Below, in pieces: positions 12,401-24,860 of a DNA stretch of 64,000 nt. The translations under genes were made by a program, and so were the position numbers. Source of the DNA: Marsupella aquatica (taxonomy: Eukaryota; Plantae; Marchantiophyta); NCBI GenBank assembly GCA_973895155.1, contig OZ316894.1:1152853-1216852 (forward strand), written 5' to 3'. The stretch's first letter is position 1, and each line of letters opens with the position of its first letter. Under the pieces are notes generated by a model. It was not told where the DNA came from and did not search any database. It was given only the letters and a program-made list of their open reading frames with translations.

Positions 12401-15400
12401 GATCCAGTTGAACACTCGATCGCGTATGACTTTATGTCCTGATTCTTATGTAACAATCATGGCTTCCTTTCTTCTCTCCTCTTTCTGTTCTCTTCCGAGT
12501 CTGTAAGGGGAGTTCAAATTCGTTTGGGCAGGCTGACAAAAGATGAGAGTAGAATGGAAGTTTAATTAGACTGTCGAGGATCTAAAACAGAAGAAACTTT
12601 GCCCTAACAAAATTGTATGTTTTGCTCTTGAGAAAGTTCAGAAGAGACCAGATGTGCACTTAATGTGGCGAAATTGTGCCGAGGGAACTGTTATTTAGGC
12701 AGGATCCAGGGTGAATTGCGGGTTGCCTCAGATGAACTACTTAGAATTTGAATCAGGGTTGAAACTGCCAGAAGGGCTTTGGGATGTGCTTTGCTGTACA
12801 CCAGGGGCATTTTTGCTGAAGCATAATCATGAGACAATTGGAATGGGACAACTTCAAGCTCACTACTGGAACTACTTGATGTGTCAATTTGTGAAAGACA
12901 TGTTGGCAGGTGAAAACAAACTCTTCATTTTGCAGGTATAAGTGACGAAGCATATAGAACACTGCGAAAGAAAAAAGGTGCCAAACAGGGAGACACCGTT
13001 CCAAATGCTAGGAAATCAATGAAGGGGAGGTAAAACCCCAGAAGACCACAAAGCCAAAAAAGCCCAAGAGTTCCGGGCCCCACAGCCAGGCCCACAGCGA
13101 ATCAGTTTTTTTAAATTGTTAAAAATAAATTAAAAATCCAAATGGACCCCACAACCAAGGCAGACCAAAGGCTTCAAACTTCCTAGCAAATTAGAGGAAG
13201 AAAATGCATACATCGGATTAGAAACCTCCTCTTGTGGTTCAACTCGGGTATGACCCCCCTTGTGGGCTATCCTCTGTGGATGGGTCAGAAGGGTCAGCTT
13301 TAGGTATTCAAGGCAGAAAAGAAACCTCCTCTTGTTGACTTGTTGTTTACCAAGGTTCAACTCGAGTTAGGTGTGCATTACTCACATGAAACTTTGTTCC
13401 AAATAAAGACAAAATGTATTTAATAGCCTGCCAGGCTCGAGCTCGGGGTGTCAGTAATCATAGATCCAGGTCAATGCATGTTACAGGAATTCATATCAAT
13501 TTATTCCTGCCATTGAAAGTTGACACCCCACAGGCAAGCTTTCTCCTGTCCCACAATTGTGTTCGTACTTTCGACTCTGTCAATGCAAATGGAGATCTGA
13601 ATGGCGGGTTGGATTGTTTGGCGATTACCATTCTTGCGAAAACTGGCGGTTGGCAGCTTGGATTTGGCTGTCCATCTCGAAATTGTTGTTTTGCACATAC
13701 AATGTGTCGGGTGGGGCACATACAACGAAATTTTGTCTCCATTTGATTTGTTTGGGCCCTCAGTGGGAGAAACAAAGCACAGGTGGAGAAGCTTTAGTAG
13801 CCCCTAAAAATCCAGGTAGTAAATGGTGCAAAACATATGGGACTCCATTTCTCATTCACCACCCCCCCGTACCCGAAGTACCCCACAATCTCCCGAAGGC
13901 AAAAAGCTCACCGAATGATGACCTCGTGCACGGTATGGGTCGGAATGGAAAGAATTCCTGAGAAACGGCAATCATCTTTCGTATTTCGTACAGGACGTTG
14001 GGAATGCGCTCCACCGAGAGAACGGTACATTTCTCCAGAACCGTAATGAGATCTCGTGGACGACGGAGTGACGGACTGTATGTACATGAGGGGACCGACT
14101 CATCGCATAATTGAGTAGACAGTATGTTCTCTCAGACATGGAGGAGAAGGAATTCGGGGCGAAATTCCCCGTTTCATTCTTGGCTGAGCAGCCGTTGGCT
14201 TAGAATAACGTGTATGGGTATTCGGGTCGACCTGAATAACGAACTTTCTGTTCAGATTGAAAGAATAATGATCATGACAACAGATGGGAAGGCGAGGGAA
14301 TTTCATCATCATCATCATCATCCTCGTCAAAGAAGCAGCGACTTTCCGTCTCCATGAGGCGGGCCCTGTGGACAAATCATGGACGACGACGAAGAAGAAG
14401 ATGAAGTAAATTCAAGAGACTGAATTGGGAATTGAAAAAAGTCTGTTAGGATGTGGTCGAAGTAGATTCGGGCCAATTGTGCTTTGCTCACTCAAGAGAA
14501 GCTCAGATAGGCGATCGATCGCACCAGACGGAGCGGAGTACTTGTGTCCCGAAGGTTGAGAAGGTCGTGTTGCTGCTGATGATAGCGGTCTCGTGGACTA
14601 CCAGGAGGACGGCCACGAAGACGACTCATCTGCTGCTGCTGCGACGGGCCGTGACAATCGTCGTGATGTTTATGATGAAGTGGAGAACTTTTATCTTCAA
14701 AGTGGTGCGGCAGCAGTGTCGATTATGCACTTGCCGCTGTGCGTTGGCGAAGAAATCGTCAGCGAGGGGGAGGCGGAGGAGGGGCTGCAAGAAATCTATC
14801 TGTTGGGCCAGAGTGTCAGTGAATAGAAGGAAATAAGGGTCTTAGCAGAGAAGTGGAAGCTGGGCTTTCATCCGAATTCTCCTCCGACCTTCCTCGTCAA
14901 GACCGCTTGTGGTTGGTAAGATTCCCAATCATTGGAACACCATCTCCGTTGATCTCGAAGAAAGATTTTCTTTCAGCTGTTGTACATTTGCATTGTTTAC
15001 ATGGGAAGCAAACTTCTGTTCGTATATTTGAGCGACAGTTTCGTAAATTAGCTGTGATCACTTGGGTGAATATGGAACGATTCTATGGAGTAAGGTTCTT
15101 CTCAACATGATCCCTTTACAGGGAATGGATCATGTTTGAAGTCCAAATGAAGACTAATAGATCGTAAGTCTTCGTTTGTAGCTAGGTTAAAGTTTAACAT
15201 CAATGGTCCTAGGTCGTCAGTAATACTTCCCTTCCATTCAGGTTGAATCCTATAATAGGCTTTCATTTTCATTTTCATTTGTTTTCTGCACCACGGGATT
15301 GAAGAGGGAAATGGCAGCATAGGTATCTCGAGTTCTGAATTTTGGCCGACGTACGTCAGTGTTAAGTGAAATGTCTCCACTCTAGTGTTTCTCCTAATTG

Positions 15401-16164
15401 AAAAACAAGCCAGCGAGTGTAGAATTATACATACGCTCAATGCAATGGACCGCGAGTCTACAAAACAATCACTTCAATCTCAATCGAGAGCATAGGGAAC
15501 TAACAGCTCAGCAATCTGGCTGTCAGCCATAAAAGCTGTAAAATTTCTCAACCAGATGTGTAGTCTACGTCTAAATCTCTGATAGATTTTGATGACGACT
15601 CGAGTTCTGATTTTGATGACGACTCGAGTTCTGATTCTCCATCTAGTCATCTAGGGGTAGACGTTCATTTGAAGGAGATAGCCGTAACAAAACTTTTAGT
15701 GACAATTCAAGATGGTGTACAATGAAAAACGTATTTCTGCGGGCTGCACGTACAGAAACCGAAAGTTTTATACCCGGAGGATCATGACCGATGGGCTCAC
15801 CCTTGCCCATTTTCTCCATTTTGCCAAGCACAGTGAGAGAATACTTGGCGGATCAGTTGAGGTGAGATTTTCTAGGTTGCCAAGGCTCCAAACATATGGT
15901 CCTCAGAATGCTTCAGAGGTTCCTTCAGAGGTTCCCAACTGTATGATAACGCCATGTGAAGATGGTGCTGTATATTAATTTTAAACCACTCTCGAGTTCT
16001 ACAAACATTGATTTTTTCCCTAGCAGTGACATTAGGGAATAAAAGCGAAACACTAATTTGATGAACAATAACTTTGACATTTTCACTTTCTAATCTTATC
16101 AATGCTCTCATAACAAACCACACAAATCTGTGAGATCAGGTCTGGAAAAAACAAAGAAGAAATC

Positions 16165-17200
16165 TTATAAGTGATTTAAGGTACCAATTTTGGGGTTTAA
16201 TAGAAACCGCTCAACAAAGTGTTTTGGCTTGGCTTCAGCACGGAACTCGTTTTCGGAGCCTTTGAAGGATTCTCTCACGTATGAGTAAGATTCAATGCTC
16301 ACCCAATCATCGCTTGGACCAGTCTTCACCTCTGTCTTCACACCATGTCCCACCCCCGCCTCTCCAGCTTCCTCATCAGGCCTCTTTGTCCACGTCTCTT
16401 CCGCCTCCACCAACAGTGGAGTCTTTCCCTGCTCCTTCCCAGGAGGAGCGTCCTCAGCACACTTGTTTGGACTGTGGTTCCCTCCCTCATCATCGAGGGT
16501 GCGGCCAATGTCAACGTCATCAGCAAGCGCAGTCTCAACCCCAGCCCCCTCCTGACCCTGTTGGCTTTGCCCTTCCCTCTTTGGAGGCATCTGAATAGGC
16601 TTGGCATTGAGTTTGCACCATGGACCTCATTGCAACCTACCATCCTGGGTACATTAGACCCTGTCTTTATAACCACATTCCTCATGCATTGCGTCCTTAA
16701 ACCCCTAAACTCTAAAGAAGAGTTATAAACAACATTATTGGAGCACATGTTGTTTAATGAGGGTCCATCTGGGTTGTAGAAGTTCATCAGGACAGTTAAT
16801 TTGATAGGGTCCAATGCCATGGGGATGTTTGTTTTCAGTTGTAAGACACATCAGATAGGCTTTGACAACCTGGATGGAATCTCAACTAGCTCTGTGAGTG
16901 AGTTCTGGGTTAAGGGTCAGCCCCATAGCCCAAGTAACAAAACAAAGCTATCAATTACGGCCGCACCTCAGTCTCAAAGCATATATCCTCTTTCCTCCCC
17001 TCAGGCTCAAAGCATATATCCTCTTTCCACCCCTCTTAGTAAGTCGCCACCATGAATGAGCAGCCATGATTACCAAGTGAGGTCCAATAGCAGATTTATG
17101 AATTTGGCACCTAAAGTAAACAAAACATGGGTAAGATTATTGGTAAAGTGTTGAGCCATTTTTCACTGGGGAAATGGAGTTCCCATAAGTTTTGGGACTT
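16165..17200 (-). mobile_element. Possible decayed LINE ORF1 fragment
   Basis: Overlapping broken frames. A Cys-containing, zinc-knuckle-like remnant (FRGLRTQCMR..) is followed by a charged low-complexity tail, as in L1-type ORF1. Frameshifts and stops are present. Confidence 0.3.
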
Positions 17201-17923
17201 GCATAATACAGACGCTATCCAGGTGCTGAGTTCGGAGATGCCCTAGTAGCACGACTCTTTCCTGGACGAAGTCTTATAGTACTGTAGCCTCAGAGCACAA
17301 AACGTGATGACTGTGTCGCTTTGCTCGAAAGCTTTTCGGTGAGCAGTCCGAGCTTTCCTCAATTCATCGCGAGTTTCAAGAACAAAAGCCGCAATTCGGA
17401 CGATTTCCATGGACTAAACAGAATGGCCTCGGAAAGCAGTGCTCTCGCCTATGATCGGTTCCAGCTCGTCTGTGCTCTGCCTGGCCAGCGCTGATCCGGT
17501 TCAGGTCGATGCGCAATCTGATGTTTGGTGTTTGGCTGAGAGCTGCTGCTAGCTGCCGCTCGGTCTTTTAGCTCACAGCTTCTGCTCGGCTCCAACGGGA
17601 TTGTGATTTTGGGGTCGCGTCGCTACCCGGTGGCAGTGCTCTGAAGCTCGTTAGAAATTACAATTTAGGGGTTGCAGGGAATGTGGTGGCTCGCCCGTGA
17701 CTGCAAATTGCTGTTTTGAGGGGATTTCGCGTGATCTAGGAAACATCTTTTCGTCCCCGCCTCGACGTTTTCTGCACCAGACTGTTGGAGGCACAGCTCT
17801 TGGACCTAAACCTGCTCAACCTGCCTTGCCTTCAATCGAAACGCACCCAGACAGAGAACACTCATTCGAGGTGTGGGCTAGTTGAGCAGGCGAGGGAGAG
17901 GAGGGGAGGGGAGGGAGTTCGAG

Positions 17924-18157
17924 ATGACTAGAGGAAATCAGAGGGAGAAGGATCGGGAGCGCGCGGCCGCGAGAGGGCCGGGATCGAAGATGAAGGACGA
18001 CGGGCTGACTCCGTTGCAGCGACGGGAGCGCGACGCCAAGGCGTTGCAGGAGAAGAACGCCAAGAAAGCTTCGGGAGCCCCGGGTGGTGGTGGTGGTGGT
18101 GGTGGTAGTGGTGCTGCTGCTTCCTCGACGGGCTCTAAGGCGCCTGCGAAGAAATGA
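17924..18157 (+). CDS. SERF-like / 4F5 family small EDRK-rich factor, 77 aa, intronless, with a poly-Gly tail
   Basis: MTRGNQREKDRERAAAR...DGLTPLQRRERDAKALQEK is the characteristic 4F5/SERF signature. The ATG is at 17924. Confidence 0.93.
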   Translation: MTRGNQREKDRERAAARGPGSKMKDDGLTPLQRRERDAKALQEKNAKKASGAPGGGGGGGGSGAAASSTGSKAPAKK

Positions 18158-19795
18158 AAATGAGAAATGGCAATCACGACCTAATCGGCGGTTATATTCA
18201 CCAGGATCACAGACAGCGGGATTGTTTGGTTTCTTGTGGGCAAATTCTAGGAGCTGTCATTCGGGCGGGCAAGCAAAGACTCGGGAGGTGAGTTAGGATT
18301 CTCCGTTGTGGCCCTAGCTGTCTCAAAATCTGCAGCGGAGTGTTAAGTTCGCGGAGAATGTTTTTCGTGAGCCATGAGCAGTCTACATTTCCAGGAGCTG
18401 TTGTCAGTTGGGCAAGTAACTAAGACGCAGCAGATTGTGAAGGCTGGGGTGACGTCTAGTCTCGACCAAGGCTGACTGAGCACGCAGCCCTCACCAAAAA
18501 ATACATGCATTCAATATTAGTAAGGGCTTGGGGAATTCTCCAGCTTATGAGCATGCGCAACGCAGAGTTAATCATCGTTTCAGTAGAAGGATTGAATCTC
18601 TGGTGAATGAAATGTAATCATGATACGGAGACTCGATGTGCGGTACTTTCAATGTAATGGCCCGATTCTCATTCTTAATTCAGTAGCTTCTCTAGATTTA
18701 ACCTGAATGACATCGCCGGACTGAGGTTTTGTTGCTTTTGGAGTGCCTCCATAGTTTAATTGCTTGCACAATGTGGCTATGTTCACACACATAGATTTTG
18801 AATGACTTAAGGGAGTACAGTGGGGTTTACTTGAGCCTTCTAGCTACTGTATCCTTTGAATCCTCTCACAGGAAGCGTGGGAATGTATCGTCGTTTCTAG
18901 AAACAACCTGTTTGAATACCGAAACGTATCTCCTTCGTTGAGTGCTGCCTTCTTAGTTTTGTTGCACCTTGTGCTTCTCGGGGTGTAATTGGCATGTTTC
19001 TTTTTGGAACCATGTTGAGTTTTGTTGCCATAGACATCGTCAAAGATATTTTTATTGGCGATGTGAGCAATTATGAGATTTGATGAGATTGAGACCAGAT
19101 TGGAGGCCGAAATGAGCGAGGAGGATTCGTTATCTCAGAATAGGATGAAATTCAGGAATAGCAAGAATTGGATGGCATGGATCATACGTAGATAACAGGC
19201 CATCCTTTAGAGAAATCAGCATGGATGATGAAGAAATTCTTATAAGAGCCTGCTTTGGTTTTTCTATGGTTCTCTCTCTACTCTGTTTTTGTTTGTACTG
19301 TTTTGGCCCTTTTTGCTGTACATTCATTGTTCCTTCTTTTCACGTTATCCATTTTAATTTGCTCTCTTGTTTGCAACCGTTGGCTGTCCTCACTGAGATC
19401 CTTTGCTCTTGGGTGAGGACTGCCGTTCTTCTGAGGCTATGAATTGGGGTCTTGATTGAAGTTAGAGTAACACGGTAAATAATGAGCACACCCAACGTTG
19501 TTCGTAGTTAAGCAGATGGAATCATGATTCATTTGGATATTTCAGCGAACGAGTCCCGCCTCATGATACTGCTGTTCACCAAGCGTTGTTGTTTCTCTGA
19601 CAGTGCTCTATGCATTGTGTTGCAACAAGATCGCCAAACACACAACTTACATTCGTGTACTATGAACACTTGTTATTTTTGTCCAACGGTGTATCAGAAA
19701 GCTTCCAAATACACTCACCCATCAATGGTGCAGTTTGGTGTACCTAGAAAGGCTCTCGTGACAGCAGAGAAGGCATCGACAACAACTTGTTCATG

Positions 19796-21953
19796 TCAAT
19801 TGTGTGCGTTTGGTTGGAAGAAAAAAGTGCCGTGATCTGAATCGTCTGAAACTGCCCACGAACCCTCCATGACCACTTTCAGTTCCTCCTGTCCCGTTGC
19901 AAGAGAATGACCAATGGCTCCCATGTAGAATACTGCGGGCCTTGCTTTGTACTGCTTGATCATTGTTACCAATGCGTACTGACTTTCCTGTTGGAAGCGA
20001 CCTGTAGATCACTCGGTAGATCATGGAGACACATTTCAAAGATGGACAGAGTAAGTAATTTGAAGTGCGTAACACAATTACAACAGTTCCACTAACGCTC
20101 TGAATTTGTCTTCAAAAGCATCACACAACTCACCTAACCAGGTGTAGCCGATCATTTCGTCCACTCCACTGCCAAAGATGTTATTTGAATTTGTGAAGAG
20201 AATTCCGCCAATCATTCTAACTTTCGTATTTTGCTGTATGAAGAAACCCTTCCAGAGCTGCATCACCCCTACCTGCACAATTCGAGCTTCCGCTCCATTT
20301 GCAACTGACTGACAGCTCTGCAGTTCAAGGTGGAAATTGCTTTGTAACAAGGATCCAGACTTCCAAGTGCCATCCATGATGTTTTCCCTGATCTCACCAT
20401 CGTACTGCACGCTGTGCTTCCCAATGTACTGCTTGATGAAGTGAACCCTGGTCCCTCTGCATTCACCTGTAATTAATCACAACCTTGAACATCAGACTGC
20501 CCTTGATGAGGCCAATTTAACGCATGTAGAAACATCGCTAAAAATTGTAGCCAGAGATACAACGCTCTTGCTCTTCAAATTGAAAGTAAGCATTTGACTT
20601 AAACTAGTACAAGGGGTTGGTCCACTTTTTTAACAAAAACAAACGGACTTAAACTTGTATATGTGAACAAGCTTGCTTACAATTGGGGAAAAAGAACGGA
20701 AAAAGGAACTGAACGATCTGTGGAAATAGTCGATATGCAAAGATTTGACATGACTTGGTGTCTGGGTATATTGTAGTTTACCTTGGCATGTGAACAACCC
20801 GACTTCATCACTACCACCACCACGAATTCTGTGGTTGGCCGCAACGACAAGTTCCACAGTCATAGCACCCTGTTGGGAGCCTTGCGTCCAATATCCAGTC
20901 CAACATTGCACCTGACTTGTCTCCGTCGTGGAAGCCTTTACACCGCTATCCTATACAATGTAAAGCAGATTTCCCTGTCAGTGCTTTCACGCACAGCCAT
21001 GTAATTCGATTGCGAGCTACAACTACTCGAGATTCATGCCGACAGAGATCTGGATAAGGGACTATTCAGGACTGATGATGAACAGAACGGAAACTGTTTA
21101 ATTTGACATCAATCACATTATCAGCTTACAAGAAGGAGCTGAGCTCAAGCTGACATATGACAAGCAATCTCAAACACAAACAGCGCACCTGCGGCTCAAC
21201 GGAGAAGTGCTTGACAGGTCGCTGATCACCAAGGACGGTGCTGATAATGTTCTCCACAGAGCTCTGAGGAGGCTGGAAAAGGTTATTGATCTGCCAGGGG
21301 CCAACCAAACAGTCACCGTAAAGAAGTGCTCTGGCTTGGAGCTTGGCTTTGTTACTTGAGGCCGAGGGACCCGATAGAAACTGACGCGCAACGGGAAAGT
21401 CGTGCAGCAACTGATCCCAGAAATGAGGCCATTTCGCCTCGAAAACGTTCGTCAATCTATTTCTCCAGAATTCTCGCATCTGCGGGTGCTCGATGCGCTC
21501 GGACGGTCCTCTAGAAACCACGTTCTGCAGTATGTAGCCCCGATAGTCAGCTGCGTGAGCATCCAGCCGCTTCCACAGATCCGCGGAGTCCAACTCCACG
21601 TCATTGCCATTCACAAATCTTTCCATCCATCGTTGTTGCAGAAATTTCTCCACAAAGCCCACCACTTCCGTCATTGTGGCTCGGAAGCTGTTCACAAAAG
21701 CTTTGAACTCGTCGTTTTGAGGCCTGGATTCCGCTACATACTGCTCAAGCATGCGAGAAAGCATGAGAGACCGCTCCGACAGCTGCACTACCAGCTTCTG
21801 ATTCTCCTTACTCACATCCTTCGCATCCAGCGAATTGGCCGTCAAGAGAGCCACCTTTGCCATCAATTCGACTGCCGTATCAGCTGGCGGCGGCAGAATC
21901 TGTGCAGCTTGTCCTAGTGTGACTGATAGCATCTTCCATGTACTACTCGCCAT
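19796..21953 (-). CDS. Uncharacterised 490-aa protein: MLKL/RPW8/HeLo-like helical N-terminal domain, Cbl-EF-hand-like segment and two tandem beta-barrel repeats. Exons 21953-21189, 20950-20782, 20466-20134, 20001-19796
   Basis: All three introns are GT-AG and their phases (0,1,1) join into one open frame ending in TGA at 19798-19796. Repeat 1: WTGYWTQ...IRGGGSDEVGLFTCQG...FIKQYIGKHSVQYDG...MDGTW...NFHL. Repeat 2: WKGFFIQ...IFGSGVDEMIGYTWLG...MIKQYKARPAVFYMG...MEGSW...GTFFF. The domain names are by resemblance only. Confidence 0.8.
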
Positions 21954-24860
21954 GCCGTTATAGGACGTCTCTTGCAACACTCCGACCGGCGGGAGCCCGA
22001 GCTTCCACTATTCTAAATGCTCACCTGGTCGTCAAGAAGGACTGCTCAACGAACGTGAGAAAATCTTTCTAGGAGGAGAATGAATACTTGCTAAATTACT
22101 TCGCAGGACACTCCGGTCGTATCACAAATTTCCTTACGATTGGAGATTTACAGCTCCACTTCAATCATCCTCCGACCATCAATTATGTACCAATTAGGAT
22201 GACCAAATCCTGGATACTCAACCAGTTTGTACAAGATTCAACTTACCAGCGTCGGCTTACGGGAGTTCAGCCGCCAAACAAACCACAAGTTGCCAGAGAG
22301 ATTGTGATCAAACTGCGAGTGATGCTCGGAGTGATGTCCACAGAGCTCAGAACTAGTTCTAGTTGGCGAAATCTTGTCGGCAAATATTCAATTCAAAATT
22401 CAGGTACTTCCAGATTCGGCCATCTATTTCTGGATCTCAATTGTTTTTCAGGGCTTTCAGAGATAAGGGGACCAGAAGGTCTTGTCTTTGGTCAGCGAGG
22501 AAATGCCTGCAACACGTAAGCAGACGCTGTTGAATTGACAGAAATGTCCTCACGAATGGTAAACTCCGAGCAAGCATTCAACGGCAACTTAATTGCAGTT
22601 CATGACATTACAATATAAACGCTTGTTCTGAATTGACATTACTGCCGCAAAGTTCGTCGATCATAAAGCACATTTGCCGGCCAGGACAGTCAGGGGTGGT
22701 GAGGACTTTGGCACCCGTGAGGATGACGAACAACAACGAAGCGTGAAGCTGTGCCAAGTTTGTCTTAAGGCTCATCGATGCATTCAAAGCGTGCTTTTTT
22801 AATTGGCGAAAATACGCCAAATACGTTGGGATAGCTAGTGCGACCTTAGCAAAGGAAAGTTTTGACAAAAAAGAAACACTCGTCACATGCTGAGGTGACA
22901 GAAGTGTGTAGTGAGGGGCACTCCTCCCAAGCCACTGTTGGGCTTGATCGCCAATGTCCTGCCACACATATTTACTTGATCCCCAGTGTCTTCCCACAAA
23001 AACACACTTGATCGCCACTTCCTGCTCACAGACCTACCCAAAAATTTGGAGCTGATAATCTGAGCTTGAATCTACACCTACCCAAAAATTTGGAAAATGT
23101 CGATAAATTCTAGACGACATCGGTAGAAATTTCTCATAGATTCCTTTCTGTGCCCCTTCAAAGATTTGGGATTTGTCCCTGCACGCGAGAAAATTAATAT
23201 TGACCGAGTCATGCCTGGAGGACCTAAGGTGAACTTTACAAAACCAGAGGGAGGATCTTGGGTGAATTTAACAGAAGGGTGGACAAAGCTGGTGGTCACT
23301 TTCACCAGATAAACAGATAAATTCAAGAGTTTTCATAGTTGACTCTAAAACTAAGCTCCAATAAATTGTTAAGTTTGACAAGATGCTCTTATCGATCACT
23401 AAAACTTACATCAACCATCTTCAGAAAATACTAAAACCAAACTTGTGTACCCCACTTCATTCCTACGAGATACCACCGTAAGGAATCGTACATCTTTTCC
23501 ACTATCGTGTAGCTCATACGGCGGGAGTATTAGTTTGTGTAGCCTGAGAATCAGAGGGCAGCAACTATGAGTGTAATACCTGGGAATGATGCTTTCGAGT
23601 TCCATCCAGTTCCTGAGGGTTTCGTCGTGATCATAAGGCCCCCAAAAGCACCCAGTCAAGGCCACCAAGGGATGCCAAAATAACATCCTTACCCTTATAT
23701 GCTTTATGGAGATGTTAAAATACCTGGTGCAGGGATAGGATTGAAATTGTCCAAAGGCTTCGCAAAACAGATTTATAATTTCTGAGGTTGTCTATGTGCC
23801 TCTCAAGCTATCATTGCTTTCTTTCTTCTGCTTCAAATGAGGGAGGTGAAACTTGCAAAACTTCCAATGGCATCGTATGATGTTTTTAGTGCCACATATC
23901 AACCAATTTCGGATGGGCTGACATATTTGTCTTGGCAACTATGTTTCAAGCTTTAAATTCAGAAATTTCTCTACCCAGATTTCTTCTAGCCTGAAGCGTC
24001 CAGTGTCGAGTGCCTAGTTCTCCCACTCACAAAGGCTGCCCTGTACCCGAGTATGTACACTAAACTCATTATCTAGAGCGACCATCACTTTCATAATTCA
24101 ATTCGACAGTAGTGGAGAGAACTTATATCGGAAACAGTCTCGTTCCTTTGATAACGCATGGTAATTCAAGTTTTCATGCTCTATCCAAAAGGTTTGCTTT
24201 GGTAGTCAACACCAGGTAAGGAGAAGTTTTCAACGACCATTACTCAAACTGGCCTGTAAGACCTCGTTTGAGTACGCTCATTAGTTCAAAGATAACGTTT
24301 CTGTCATCGATTGTGCTAAAGTAGCGCTCCAAACATAACGTATGATAGTGTTATACCGCTTCGTTTGTAGAGCACGTTTTGGCTACTTCTTACCTGTACC
24401 TTGATCCTACCCAAGCCGTCAGGTACATATTCACGAGATGGTTCTCCATATGGCCAGTGTTTTGAAGTGTCAAAATTGAGCTGGTGTCGGCATACGATGT
24501 ACAAGACTGAAAATCATGTACTACCCAACAACATTTACATGAAACTAACCTCAGCTCCTGGACAGTTGCACGACGGATCTACAGTACATAGAGCACCAAA
24601 CAAAAATAAGTACCATTCTGTAGACGCCAAGGCACACACAAGATTGAGTCGCCACAGTAAAAAGAACGAGTTAGTTCCTCTGCTACCGAGCAGAGCCTTC
24701 TGGTTATTTCACAATTCCAAAAATGGAAATCTCGGCTACAAAACTGCGAGATACTTGGGCCTTCTGTGCCACTGCCAACGCCCCCTCCCCCTTACGAACC
24801 GCACCCGAAAGAAGAAGAAAGAAAATCTCGCTAAGATTCTTCTGTCTGCTGCTTGCCTGT

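Noticed and set aside
12530-12560. tgacaaaagatgagag resembling miR156/miR535
   Set aside because: There are too many mismatches to the mature sequences and no convincing star arm.
15587-15636. TGATGA...CTGA box C/D-like motifs
   Set aside because: This is only a 24-bp tandem duplication, too short for a snoRNA and with no evident guide sequence.
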